In this document: in pieces, positions 25,740 to 38,544 of the stretch
How the letters are laid out: each line of letters starts with the position of its first letter
Position numbering within the stretch: position 1 is the stretch's first letter
Assembly: GCF_006345805.1 (NCBI RefSeq)
Contig: NC_043000.1
Location: forward strand, 20,646,001 to 20,710,000
From: Octopus sinensis
Lineage: Eukaryota
Length of the DNA: 64,000 nucleotides
Direction of reading: 5' to 3'
Notes under the pieces: model-generated
Database searches by the model: none
The model's input: the letters and a program-made list of their open reading frames with translations, nothing else
What the model was told of the DNA's origin: nothing
Translations under genes and position numbers: made by a program

Positions 25740-25920
25740 TCGGTGGCACATAAAATCACCCACTACACTCTCGGAGTGGTTGGCGTTAGGAAGGGCATCC
25801 AGCTGTAGAAACACTGCCAGATCTGACTGGCCTGGTGCAGCCTTCGGGCTTGCCAGACCCCAGTTGAACTGTCCAACCCATGCTAGCATGGAAAGCGGAC
25901 GTTAAATGATGATGATGATG
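25740..25920 (+). mobile_element. RTE-like 3' tail element (family D) with (GAT)n tail
   Basis: GGTTGGCGTTAGGAAGGGCATCCAGC...CCATGCTAGCATGGAAAGCGGACGTTAAA(TGA)n. Other approximate copies: 20460-20925(-), 27270-27620(+), 30000-30222(+), 32400-32550(-), 34920-35160(-), 35990-36475(+), 41840-42150(+). RTE affiliation is inferred. Confidence 0.7.
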
Positions 25921-25952
<32 letters not shown>

Positions 25953-28885
25953 ATATGTTTGTGTGTCTGTGTTTGTACCCCCAATATTGCTTGGCAACTG
26001 ATGCTGGTGTGTTTATGTCTCCGTAAACTAGTGGTTCAGCAAAAGAGACCGATAGAATAAGTACTAGGCTTACAAAGAATAAGATTTGGGGTTAATTTTC
26101 TCGACTAAAGGCGGTGCTCCAGCATGACCACAGTCAAATGACTGAAACAAGTAAAACAGTAAAAGAGTAACAAAATCTTTAAAGCCTTCCCATCCTTCAG
26201 AGTCTTGTAGATCCCATTTAAGAATTACTCTGGTATCCAAATTTGCACAATCGTGTAAAAACAGTATTCCATCTACTTTATTATTTCTCAATATAATGGA
26301 CGTATTCCCCTAAGCATTGAAGATTAAAATACATGATCCTAGTCTCTAAGAATATAGAGATTGTCTAAGGAAGATTTGGCTCTGTATTAACAACTAAAAT
26401 ACTATAAGCATTGATGGAATTACATCATTTAAATATTTGGCGATATAAAACTCTCTGCTGGCTCTAATGCTGCCTGTAAAGTAGTTTTGGTCATGTCAGT
26501 GCATCAGAGAATGGAGTCTACAGCACGTCACTAAAAGTAAGGAAAAAATCTCGTTATTAATATAAAGATAATAGAAGGCGGCAAGCTGGAAGGATTGTTA
26601 GCACACCAGACAAAATGCTTGGCACCATTTTGTCTGTTTTTACATTCTGAGTTCAAATTCTACTGAAGGTGACATTGCCGTTCTTCCTCTCAGGGTTGAT
26701 GAGATAAGTACCTATTTCTTTACTACCCGCAAGGGGCCAAACACAGAGAGGACAAACAAGGACAGACAAATGGATTAAGTCGATTACATCGACCCCCAGT
26801 GCGTAACTGGTACTTATTTGATCGACCCCGAAAGGATGAAAGGTAAAGTCGACCTCAGTGAAAGTTGAGCACTGGGGTCAATGTAACTGACTTACTCAAC
26901 TCCCCCCCCCACCGAATTTTCTGACCTTGTGCCAAAATTTGAAACCAATATAAAACTAAGGATTCAAACTAAATGTTGATTAGAATATCGAATATTGAGT
27001 TATTAGAATATCTAAATATTAGAATACCTGATATTAAGATATATCAGAAAGAGTTTGATATTACATTTTTTTACCTGTTTCAGTCATTTGACTGTGACCA
27101 TGCTGGAGCACCGCCTTTAGTCGAATAAATCGAATCCAGGACTTATTCTTTATAAGCCTAGTATTTATTCTATCTCTCCCTTTTGCCGAACATTAGTAGT
27201 CAAGTGATGGTAGAGGGACAAACACAGACTCACAAACATATACACACATACATATACCAAAATTGAACCAACCCTATGACTGGCACCCGGCAGTTGCCAG
27301 TGCCACTGGACTGACTCCTGTGCAGGTGGCAAATAAAGAAACACCATTTCGACCCTGTGCTTGAGGAGACCTATTGAGTCAAGTACATCAACATCAAAAA
27401 TCAATGGAAATTGTAGTTGTGATCCCTGTGCCAATGGCACGTAAAAAGCACCCACTACACTCACAGAGTGGTTGGCATTAGGAAGGGCATCCAGCTGTAG
27501 AAACACTGCCAGATCAGACTGGAGCTTGGTGCAGCCTTCAGGCTTCCCAGACCCCGGTCGAACCGTCCAACCCATGCTAGCATGGAAAACAGATGTTAAA
27601 CGATGATGATGATGATGATATATATATATAATTAATATATACGATGGGCTTCTTTCAGTTTCCATCAATCAAATCTACTCACAAGGCTTTGGTCAGCCCG
27701 AGGCTATAGCAGAAGACACTTGCCCAAGGTGCCATGCAGTGGGACTGAACCCGGAACCGTATGGTCGGTAAGTAAGCTACTTACCACACAGCTATGCCTG
27801 CGTTTATGCTTATTTCTGTTTAGAAGTTAAATTAAGAGTTGGCATTGTCAGAAAATCCCAATCTGCAGTTAGAACCATTAAAAGGTAAAAGACTATTAAT
27901 TTATTTTTTTTTAACATAGGTCAGTCATGGCTGTATTGTCAAAATGTTTGCTTTGCAACCCTGTAGGTTCAGGTTCAGTTCCTCTGTATACCACTTTGGG
28001 CCAAATGTCTCCTACTATTGCCCTGGACTAACCAATGTCTTGCGAGTGAATTTGGTTGATAGGAACTGTGTGGGAATCCATCAGGACCTGAGAGACCTGC
28101 ATGGGGTTGATGTAGGTGTCTTCAAAATAAAGCTGGACCTCTTCCTGTTAGGTGTCCCAGATGAACCAACTTCGCGGCAGGAGATGCAGATGAGGGCAGT
28201 TGCATCAAACTCTCTCATGCACCAAATGTCAATTGCTAAAATGTATGCATGAAGTAAAATTATGTAGCAACACCAAATGGCAGTGCCCCAGCATGGCCAC
28301 AGCTCGTGAGCTGAAACTAGATGAAAAAAAATATTTTTTTTAATATATGTATGTATGTATGTACATATTGCTTGTGTGTGTGCATGTGCGTGCATATGCA
28401 TGTGTGTGTGTGTGTGTGTTTGTCCCCATCCCCAACATGACAATCATTGTTGGTTTGTTCATGTCTTCATAACCTAATTTTTTTTGGCAAAAGTGGCCAA
28501 TAGAACAAATACCAGTCTTCAAAAAATAATAAATAAATAAAGTACTGGGGTGGATTTGTTTGACTGAACCCTTCCAGGCATTGGCTCCATATGACCACAG
28601 TCCATTGATTGAAACAAATAAAAGAATAAAAAAAATGAAGGAATAAAAGAATAAAAGAATCAAAAGAATTCATTCATTGCAAATTACCAAACATTGCAAA
28701 ACTTTGTTGAGTTCTTTAGAATGTATGAAGAGAGAAATAGTTGATTCCAATCCTTTTATAACCAATGCTTAACCAAGGAGCATTTATAAATAAACATCTT
28801 TTTCCTGTTTTACTAAAGGTTTTTTACGTTTATATATTTGTTTTGCAAGATTCTTGATGTGAAATCATGTGTTGAAACAGATATT

Positions 28886-29204
28886 GTTGTATTTAGGGAT
28901 GGTCATGTTGCCAGTTTAGCCAATAAAAACACACACACTATATATTTGGTGTTCACTTGCTTCAGCTTTATTTATTTTTTACATTAATCTTAATCTTATT
29001 TCGGCCAGAGTTCTTTCGAGACACACAAATAAGAAAGAAGAAAGCAAAATACCACTGATGAGGTCACAGAAGTGTGACGAAACAGCTCTGGCCGAAATAA
29101 GATTAATGTAAAAAATAAATAAAACTGAAGCAAATTAACACCAAATATATAGTGCAAGTGTTTTTATTGGCTAAACTGGCAACATGACCATTCCTAAATA
29201 CAAC
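28886..29204. repeat. Inverted repeat (arms 28886-29010 and 29086-29204) of a Penelope-like terminal sequence
   Basis: Arms are reverse complements apart from a few mismatches and indels. The 75-nt spacer holds most of the hammerhead core. Confidence 0.85.
29052..29091 (+). ncRNA. Minimal type I hammerhead ribozyme motif in the loop of a foldback
   Basis: CCA-CTGATGA-G-GTCACA-GAAG-TGTGAC-GAAA-CAGC-TC-TGG. 3-bp stem I, perfect 6-bp stem II (one extra G), single A:U pair as stem III, UC cleavage site. Confidence 0.55.
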
Positions 29205-29263
29205 TAAATGTTTTATCGTAGTTTTAAACCTGAAGTATTCCCTGTTCTTTTGTATTTCCACAG

Positions 29264-29276
29264 GTGTCTGAAAACA
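29264..29276 (+). other. RELN: 13-nt 5' UTR portion of the first coding exon (implies an upstream non-coding exon)
   Basis: Polypyrimidine tract and CAG acceptor (cctgttcttttgtatttccacag|gtgtctgaaaaca ATG) directly upstream of the start codon. Confidence 0.6.
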
Positions 29277-29493
29277 ATGCATTCTAAGAAGAAAAGCAAC
29301 CTATACATCTCACTGCTAGTTCTGCTGTGTTCAGCCAGCTGCTCATTGGCTTTCCCTCACATTCAACCATTTTTCTTCCTATGTAACATAAACGGACTAA
29401 GTAAAGACGTGGGTATAGACAAAGGAGAGATTTCTTTGAGTGTATCAATCAAAGGAAACCCAGAATATTATGAACCGGGTCATATATATGAGA
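29277..29493 (+). CDS. RELN: Reelin ortholog, coding exon 1 (signal peptide + start of reeler domain)
   Basis: MHSKKKSNLYISLLVLLCSASCSLAFPHIQPFFFLC...GEISLSVSIKGNPEYYEPGHIYE matches remembered vertebrate reelin (PRFSPFFFLC...[23 protein letters not shown]). Acceptor ttccacag ends 29263, ATG at 29277, phase-1 donor A|GTAAGT at 29494. Confidence 0.95.
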
Positions 29494-30489
29494 GTAAGTA
29501 GAACATTTAACTTAACCCTTTTATTACTGTATTTATTTTGAGATGCTCTGTGTTTCTTTCAATTAATTTTAAATATAATAAAGAATTTAGTAAAATAACT
29601 TAGTTATCATTAACCCATTCATGCTGATCATCTGTTTAAAGTGACACTTAATTTATAAGGTTATTAATCGAATACATGATAGAAATTGTGATTTGTGTAT
29701 GATCTGTATCAAAGAATGAAATATGTTCTTAATGCATATGCAGTCTGTATCAAATGGATTTCAATGAAATATTTTTCAGTTGTTATTTAGGTGTTATTTA
29801 GGTGGCTGTGTGGTAGGAAGCTTGCTTTCTAACCACATGGTTCTGGGTTCAGTTCTGCTGCATGGTACCTTGAGCAAGTGTCTTCTACTATAGCTTTGGG
29901 CTGACCAAAGCCTTGTAAATAGATTTGGTAGGCAGTAACTGAGAGAAGGCCATCCTATGTGTGTGTGTATATATATATATATGAAACACCATCCGAGCGT
30001 GGCCGTCTGCCAGCTTCGTCTGGCACCTGTGTCGGTGGCACATAAAATCACCCACTACACTCTCGGAGTGGTTGGCGTTAGGAAGGGCATCCAGCTGTAG
30101 AAACACTGCCAGATCTGACTGGCCTGGTGCAGCCTTCGGGCTTGCCAGACCCCAGTTGAACCGTCCAACCCATGCTAGCATGGAAAGCGGACGTTAAACA
30201 ATGATGATGATGATGATGATGATATATATATATTTATGTGTGTGTGTCTATGTTTGTGTTTGTCCCCCCACCATCGCTTCACAACCGATGCTGGTGTGTT
30301 TACGTCCCCATAACTTAGCGGTTCAGCAGAAGGGACTGATAGAATAAGCACCAGGCTTACAAAGAATAAGTCCAGGGTTCGATTTCTTCGACTAAACGGT
30401 GGTGCTTCAGCATGGCCACTGTCAATTGACTGAAGCAAGTAAAAGAATAAAAGAACTGTATGATAGAAATATAACCAATTTATTGCAGA

Positions 30490-30869
30490 CTAGCAGTATC
30501 ACCCGGCGTTGCTCAGGTTTGTAAGGGAAATAACTATAAAGCATTTTTAGAGAGTTATAGCCAAAAAATAGCAAAAAAATGGAAAAAAATGATGGTAAAT
30601 TTTTTTTTAGTTAAAAAAGGTGGAGTTGCGTCCCCTAGACAGTTTGCGGTTTGTGTTTCTGATTCTCGACCCCATGTCGAATTTATCGATTGTTTTCAGA
30701 ACTGGGGGAACTTTTCAAAATTTTCGCTGCGTTAGTTTTGAATTATGACATTGGGCTATGTGTGTGTCAAGTTTCATCAGAATCGGTTGAAAGCCGTGGT
30801 CAGGGTGAGGGTACAAGCAAACAGACACACAGAAAACGCACAGACAAACTGCCGTTTATATAGAGAGAG
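30490..30869 (-). mobile_element. Non-autonomous Helitron, same 3' end as 11688
   Basis: ctagcagtatcacccggcgttgctcaggtttgtaagggaaataactata is the reverse complement of the 3' end of 11688-12179. TC-rich 5' end near 30869. Confidence 0.7.
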
Positions 30870-32931
30870 ATAAATTTTAACAACAAAATATTATGTGGAC
30901 CCTCAGGGGCCATATGGACTCTGGTTGAGAACCACTAGGTTTGAGTGTTAGACTCATGATTGTAAGATTGTGGTTTCAATTCCTGAACCAGGAGATGTCT
31001 AGTGTTCTCAAGCAAAACACTTCATTTCACATTGGTCTAGTCCACTCAGTGTGCAAAAGGGAGTAATATGATGAAAGTGGTGCCCAGCATGGCAAACCAG
31101 TGATGGATGATGGACTAAAAAAGAGAAACAAAAGGAAATGAACTTCTGAACTGAGGGACCATAGGCACTAACATAGCTGGGGTTGTGTGGAACAGTAGGG
31201 GCATTCCACCCTGGTAGGCACTTTTAAAGGGGCAGCACTTTTCATCCTCTTGTAGGCTATAAGCCAGAATAGATTGTATTGATCTAGTGCAGTATGCAAT
31301 AATTCCTGATATTATATAATAAAAAAAAATACTGGAAATGCACGACTTTTGGGTCTGCTGTAGGTAATATGTGTTTTTTGTAGAGTCTGGGGACAGCAAA
31401 CAGAAGGGCCGACCCAAGCAGCACACACTCTAGCTACACTAGTGGCCATAGGCCTACCCTAGTGTTGAGTATATCATTTCACTAAAGCAATGGGCTGGTA
31501 GAATCATTAGCATGACAGGACAAATATTTAGCAGTATCTCTTCCAGTTCTTTACATTCTGAGTTCAAATTCCATTGAGGCCAACTTTGCATTTCATCCTC
31601 TCAGGGTCAATAAGATAAATACCAGTTAGTTTCTGGGGTCGAGGTAACTAACTTGCATCCCCTTTTCAAAATTGCTGCGCTTGTGCAAAAATTAGAAGGA
31701 AGTATTTCATTTTAAGAAATAATATATTTCTAAATCTCTCAGAGAGATTTATGCAGTAGCAGCATGAAACTAGTCTCTGGGTGCTGGTTTTGCAGGGTGG
31801 AGGTGCTTGTCTCCACTTTGAAAACATAAGGACACAGGAAATGTGTCAAGTCCAACAGTGTTTCTAAGGGCTAAATAACAGTAGCATTCTTCCCTTTTAT
31901 GGGACTGTCACATTAAGTTGACAACATTCTATGACTATTTCATTTTTCTTTAATAATCCTGAATTTTAGAAAATGAAAATGAATTCAAAGTGAAATGCAT
32001 ATTTTTCTTGCTTCTCAATCGGGCAACAATGCATCTTTCTCAATAATTGAGATGCTGCTCAAATATCTTAACAATCATGATGAATACAGAGCCTTAGACA
32101 TGACCAGAGTGCCAGTGTGTTTAGTCTGCAGGAATAGCTATGGGGTTAAGAAGTTTGCTTTGCAATCATGTTGCAATCATGCAATAGTGTATGTGCAGAC
32201 ATGGCTGTGAGGTAAAGAAGCTCACTTTACGACCACAGGGTTTTGAGTTCAGTTCCACAACATGGCCCTTGAAGAAATGTCTTCTACCACTGCCCCGCCC
32301 TAAACAATGCCTTGTGAATTCAGGATAATTGCGGTTGTAGAAAAATGAAATACTTGTGAATTTGTTAGAAGTCTTTTGTGTGCACACACTCACACATATA
32401 CCATCATCACCATCACCATCGTTTAATGTCGCTTTCCATGCTAGCATGGGTTGGATGATTTGAGTGAGGACTGGTGAATCAGATGGCTGCACCAGGCTCC
32501 AATCTTGATCTGGCAGAGTTTCTACAGCTGGATGCCCTTCCTAACGCCAACCCTGGCAAGTGTCTTCTACTATAGCTTTGGGCCAACCAAAGCCTTATGA
32601 GTGGATTTGGGAGATGGAAACTGAAAGAAGCCCATCATATATATGTATATATGTGTGTGTGTGGGGGGGGGTTTGACAACCGATACTGGTGTGTTTACGT
32701 CCCCGTAACTTAGCGGTTCAGGGAAAAGAAACTGATAGAATAAGTACTAGGCTTACAAAGAATAAGTCCTGGGGTCAATTTGTTCGACTAAAGGTGGTGC
32801 TCCAGCATGGCCACAGTCAAATGACTGAAACAAGTAAAAGAGTTAAAAGAGAGAGAGAGAGAGTAATAAGTATTAAAATAAATCAAGAAGTATTTTACAT
32901 TTTCTTTTTAAATGAACTCTACTACAAAAAT

Positions 32932-33317
32932 TTGGAGGTGCAATGGTCCAGTGGTTAGGGCAGTGGACTCGCGGTCATAGGATCGCGGTTTCGATTCCCA
33001 GACCGGGCGTTGTGAGTGTTTATTGAGCAAAAACACCTAAAGCTCCACGAGGCTTCGGCAGGGGATGGTGGTGATCCCTATTGTACTCTTTCACCACAAC
33101 TTTCTCTCACTCTTACTTCCTGTTTCTGTTGTACCTGTATTTCAAGGGGCCGGCCTTGTCACTCTCTGTGTCACGTTGAATATCCCCGAGAACTACGTTA
33201 AGGGTACACGTGTCTGTGGAATGCTCAGCCACTTACACGTTAATTTCACGAGCAGGCTGTTCCGTTGATCGGATCAACCGGAACCCTCATCGTCGTAACC
33301 GACGGAGTGCTTCCACC
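32932..33317 (+). mobile_element. tRNA-derived SINE, family A
   Basis: Near-identical to 3386-3777. Confidence 0.9.
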
Positions 33318-33374
33318 ACACTACAAAAATGATTTGTAACTGAATATGAGCGACTGAATTTAGTAACTGGAAAA

Positions 33375-33647
33375 CCATCATTACTGCCATAGTCATCATC
33401 ATCATTATCATCATTGCTATTTTCATCATCATCATCAGCATCACTGACATCGTCATCATTATGATCATTGTTATCATCGTGTATCTTTAATTCTTTCCCT
33501 GTGTAATGACTAAAGTTAAGATGCTTGTTCATTTACAGCAAATCACTTTCATCTCTGTTTAGTCGTCCAATGAAATGCTTTAATGACAATCGGATAATGA
33601 TAATGATGTTGATGGTGATGGTGGTGATGATGATGATAATGATGATA

Positions 33648-33680
<33 letters not shown>

Positions 33681-34210
33681 GGAAGGCTGGTAGGGCAGAC
33701 AACAGCAGTAGTGATGGCTCCCATGACGACTTTAATGATGATGATGATGAGGAGGAGGGGGGGACGACGACGACGACAATGACAATGGTGATGATGATGA
33801 TGATGATAACAATGAGGATGGTGGTGGTGGTGATGGTGGTGATGATGATGATGATGGCGATGACGATGATAATGACAATGATGATGATGATAATGATGAT
33901 GATAACAATGATGGTGGTGGTGGTAGTGGTGGTGATGATGATGATGATGATGATAACAATGATGGTGGTGGTGGTAGTGGTGGTGATGATGATGATGATG
34001 ACGATGATAACGACAATGATTATGATGATGATGATAACAATGATGGTGATGGTGGTAGTGGTGGTGATGATGATGATGATGACGATGATAACGACAATGA
34101 TTATGATAATGATGATGGTGGTGGTAGTGGTGGTGAAGATGATGATGATGACGATGATAACGACAATGATGATGATGATGATGATGATGAATTTGACAAT
34201 GATGATCATA
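33375..34210. repeat. (CAT)n then (GAT/GGT)n trinucleotide mosaic
   Basis: Visible directly. Source of the poly-M/I/S ORFs. Confidence 0.95.
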
Positions 34211-35351
34211 ACAGAAAATTAGTAATTTTGCTTTAATTAATCCTGAACAATAAAGGTTCTCTAAGTTAATTGTATCAACAAGGCATGAAATGAATTAGGA
34301 ATGAGAATCTACCCAGAATGCTTCAACAACTGCAATTGTTTTGTTGTTATTGCTGTTGCCATTGTTGCTGTAGCTTGGCCTCAGGTCAAGCCTGGCATCC
34401 AGCAGACCTATGAATAATAATATATTCTGACCTTGATCCGAACGCCATCTGTCTTTACATCTTTAAACGTATGACTACACAACTGAGTCTTATATAAGGT
34501 GGCAGGCTCTAATCTGAGGGAAATTTGGTTTCTATGTCTAGCAGGTAAATTAACCACATAGAGGCCCTTCCTGTCATCAAACCACAACTATACGATTTCC
34601 ATTCAAGGTTTTATATATATATATATTTCTTTACTACCCACAAGGGGCTACACACAGAAGGGACAAGCAAGGACAGACAAACGGAGTAAGTCCATTACAT
34701 CGACCCCAGTGCATAACTGGTACTTATTTAATCGACCCCGAAAGGATGAAAGGCAAAGTCGACCTCGGCGGAATTTGAACCCAGAACGTAGCGGCAGACG
34801 AAATACCGCAAAGCATTTCGCCCGGCGTGCTAACGTTTCTGCCAGCTCGCCGCCTTATATATATATATAAACTATCTTGGAAATGGATGCATGGTGGTCA
34901 ATCAAATAATATATAGATAATCATCATCATCATCATCATCATCATTTAACGTCCACTTTCCATGCTGGCATGGGTTGGACGGTTTGACTGTGGACTGGCG
35001 AGTTAGATAGCTGCACCAGGTTCCAATCTGATCTGGCAGAGTTTCTACAGCTGGATTCCTTTCCTAACACCAACCGAGAGTGTAGTGGGTGCTTTTACGT
35101 GCCACCGGCATGAGGGCCAGTCAGGTGGTACTGACGACGGCCACACTCAAATGGTGTTTTTTATGGTTTTACTATAGCCTCAGGCCAACAAAAACCTTAT
35201 GAGCAGATTTGGTAGACAGAAACTGAAAGAGGCCATCATATATTTCTGTATTTGTGTGAGTATGTGTCTGTATGCCCCCAATCATTGCTTGGCAACTGGT
35301 GTTTGCTTATTTTACATCCCTGTAACATAGCAGTCCAGCAAAAGACACTGA

Positions 35352-35923
35352 TACGAGGGTGAGTCAAAAAGTAATGTCATTTTGTTTCGGACAGGTATAA
35401 TTACCAACAAAAGAACATGTATCATACATCAAAATGAAGCTGGTCCTCTGTGGATCACATCCCTACTGCTCAACATAGTCACTGTTTCTCTCAATAGCAA
35501 TGTTCCACCTTCGAATGAGAGCATGTATCCCTGCCTCGTAAAATTCTGTTGACGGTTCTTTGAACCACTTCTTCACTACAGTTTTCACTTCCTAGTCACT
35601 GGAATAATTTAACACCTTCAGACTATCATCTCTTCAGCCCCATGAAAAATGGTCTGTGAGCCAAACATTATTCCAGTGACGCAGAATTGAAAACTGTAGT
35701 GAAGAAGTGACTCAAAGAACAGTCAACAGAATTTTACAGGGTAGGGATACATGCTCTCATTCGAAGGTGGAACATTGCTATTGAGAGAAATAGTGACCAT
35801 ATTGAGAAGTGGGGATGTGATCCACGGAGGTACAGCTTCATTTTGATGTATGATACATATTCCTTTGTTGGAAATTATACCTGTCCTAAACAAAATGGCA
35901 GTACTTTTTGACTCACCCTCGTA
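35352..35923. mobile_element. Palindromic mariner derivative with TA TSD, inserted in a SINE-B copy
   Basis: TA-CGAGGGTGAGTCAAAAAGT...ACTTTTTGACTCACCCTCG-TA. Both arms carry the transposase C-terminus (FYRVGIHALIRRWNIAIERN). Confidence 0.85.
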
Positions 35924-36624
35924 GAATAAGAACCAAGCTTAAAAACATAAGCACTCTAGTCAAGTTGTCTAACAAAATTCTTCAAAGTGGTGCCCTAGCA
36001 TGGCTACAATACTGGTGCCATAGGAAAAGCACCTATTACAACCTGTAAAGTGGGTAGCATTAGGAAGAGCATCCAGCCATAAAAACCATGCTAAAACATG
36101 CTATAAGGCAGCGGGCTGGCAGAAACGTTAGCATGCCAGGCGAAATGCTTAACAGTATTTCATCTGCCGTTATGTTTTGAATTCAAATTCCACCGAGGTC
36201 GACTTTGCCTTTCATCCTTTCGGGGTCGATAAATTAAGTACCAGTTACGCACTGGGGTCGATGTAATCAGCTTAATCCCTCTGTCTGTCCTTGTTTGTCC
36301 CCTCTATGTTTAGCTCCTTGTGAGCAACAAAGAAATAAGAAACCATGCTAAAACAGACAATGGAACCTGGTGAAGCTTTTTGGCGGCCATCTCCTATCAA
36401 ACCATCCATCACATAATAGCATGGATGACAGGCATTAAATGATGATGATGATGATGATGATTATGATGAGGATGATATATATGTGTATGTATGTTTGGTT
36501 GAAATTTACAGGAATCAAAGGACGAAGACAGATGAAGGAACAACAAGCAGGTGTATTATTTTAGCACTCAGGAAGAATGGAAAAGTCTTTGATGTTTCAA
36601 GCCTATGCTTTTCAGCAATGTATA

Positions 36625-37146
36625 CAGACATACATACATTCATACACACACATACACACACACACATGTATGTATGTATGTGTGTGTATGTAGGTATGTG
36701 TGTGTATGTATGTATGTATGTATGTATGTATGTATGTGTGTGTATGTATGTATGTATGTATGTATGTATGTGTGTGTGCATGTATGTATTTATGTATGTA
36801 TGTATGTATGTATGTATGTATGTATGTGTATGTATGTATGTATGTATGTATGTATGTGTGTGTATGTATGTATGTGTGTGTGCATGTATGTATTTATGTA
36901 TGTATGTATGTATGTATGTATGTATGTACGTATGTATGTGTATGTATGTATGTATGTATGTATGTGTGTGTATGTATGTATGTATGTGTGTGTGCATGTA
37001 TGTATTTATGTATGTATGTATATATGTATGTACGTATGTATGTATGTATGTGTGTGTATGTATGTATGTATGTGTGTGTGTATGTACGTACGTATGTATG
37101 TATGTATGTATGTATGTGTGTGTATGCATGTATGTATGTATGTATG

Positions 37147-37178
<32 letters not shown>

Positions 37179-37405
37179 TGTATGTGTGTGTATGTATGTA
37201 TGTATGTGTGTGTGCATGTATGTATTTATGTATGTATGTATGTATGTATGTATGTACGTATGTATGTGTGTGTATGTATGTATGTGTGTGTGCATGTATG
37301 TATTTATGTTTGTATGTATGTATGTATGTGTGTGTCTATGTATGTATGTATGTGTGTGTATGTATGTATGTATGTGTGTGCATGTATGTATTTATGTATG
37401 TATGC
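36625..37405. repeat. (TATG)n/(TG)n mosaic microsatellite
   Basis: Visible directly. Confidence 0.95.
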
Positions 37406-38312
37406 CTTGATAGTTGGATACACATGTGTTTCTATTTCTCCATATTTCCTTCTCCGTTCTTTTCTCTCCTTGGCTATCTTATCTTTCAGAAGAAAAGTGA
37501 ATTCTTGAAATGCAGGAGACATTTTATTCTTTTTTACCTTTTCCCTGAATGTCAGTCTAATATCATCTGTTCTTTTTTTCTTTTACTTCATCTTTGTGTT
37601 GTATTTTCTTGTTGTTATGTGGACACCCCCAGACGATGAAGTAGGCTAGTCCAATACCTAGATATAGAGGGAGATGGAGAAGTCTAGAAGTCGAGTTGTT
37701 GAGTAGAGGTCATCCAAACATGCAACATAACAGTGGCAACGAGGATTTTGTAGCTCACACAGTCACTGTGTAGTATTGCAATATAACATCTGTACTATAT
37801 ACATGTGTGTGTGTGCATGTATGTATACCTTGAAAGTTGAAAGCCTTATAAAGGCTCCCTCTGTGTTAATCAGTTTGGAAAAATTAACATCTAGCATTGT
37901 GATTAGACCACAATTTGGTCAAATAGAGGTCTTCCTGTCACCCAAAAGAACCTGATGAGGGTTGCTGAACCAATAGTAAATCAGTCCAGATACTGTTTGA
38001 GCTTGGTACCAATCATAATAATTCTCCCTTAGAGGTTATACTTGTAGCAATGAGCTCAGATGTCTCTACAAATTTGCCTAATCAGTGCTGTGGCTAGAAT
38101 ATGTGATACCTAGAATAGCCCTTAAGTTTGTCACTGCCTACACAGTTTTACAGCAAACCCAAAAGTACTGCCCCCAGAAAGTGTTACTCAGGGTAGACTG
38201 CCCTTATCACCTTCCACCTAGCTATGATAATTTCGTTATGTCTTTATTAATTAAATTTAATTTTCTAATGCATAATAATTTTTTCTTTTGTTTTCTTCTT
38301 TTCTTTTGCAAG

Positions 38313-38544
38313 TCACCATTCAATCCAGTAACACATTTGATAATTTTCTACTGACTGGCCTCTACTCATTATCGGAGGATGTACGTAAAAAGATTCTTTA
38401 TATGCCAGTAGCCCCTGGCTTACCTGTTCAAGGTGAAAGTTTCATGTGTTCCACAATTTATTCACATTCCAATAATACCCCAGAATACCAGTTGCAGTTT
38501 CAGTGGATTGCACCTCCATCTGGAACAGGATGCGTCAATTTTCG
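38313..38544 (+). CDS. RELN: Reelin ortholog, coding exon 2 (reeler domain core)
   Basis: Polypyrimidine tract + gcaag acceptor. Phase 1 in, giving (I)TIQSSNTFDNFLLTGLYS...FMCSTIYSH...LQFQWIAPPSGTGCVNF(R) versus reelin VTISTSTFFDGLLVTGLYT...FMCSVVASH...LSFIWIAPPAGTGCVNFM. Phase-2 donor CG|GTATGT. 232 nt. Confidence 0.95.

Noticed and set aside
37950-37985. CTGATGAG-GGTT-GCTG-AACC (also weak relics near 53826 and 54295-54330 on minus)
   Set aside because: A stem II is present but GAAA and the cleavage triplet are missing. These are at most decayed relics.
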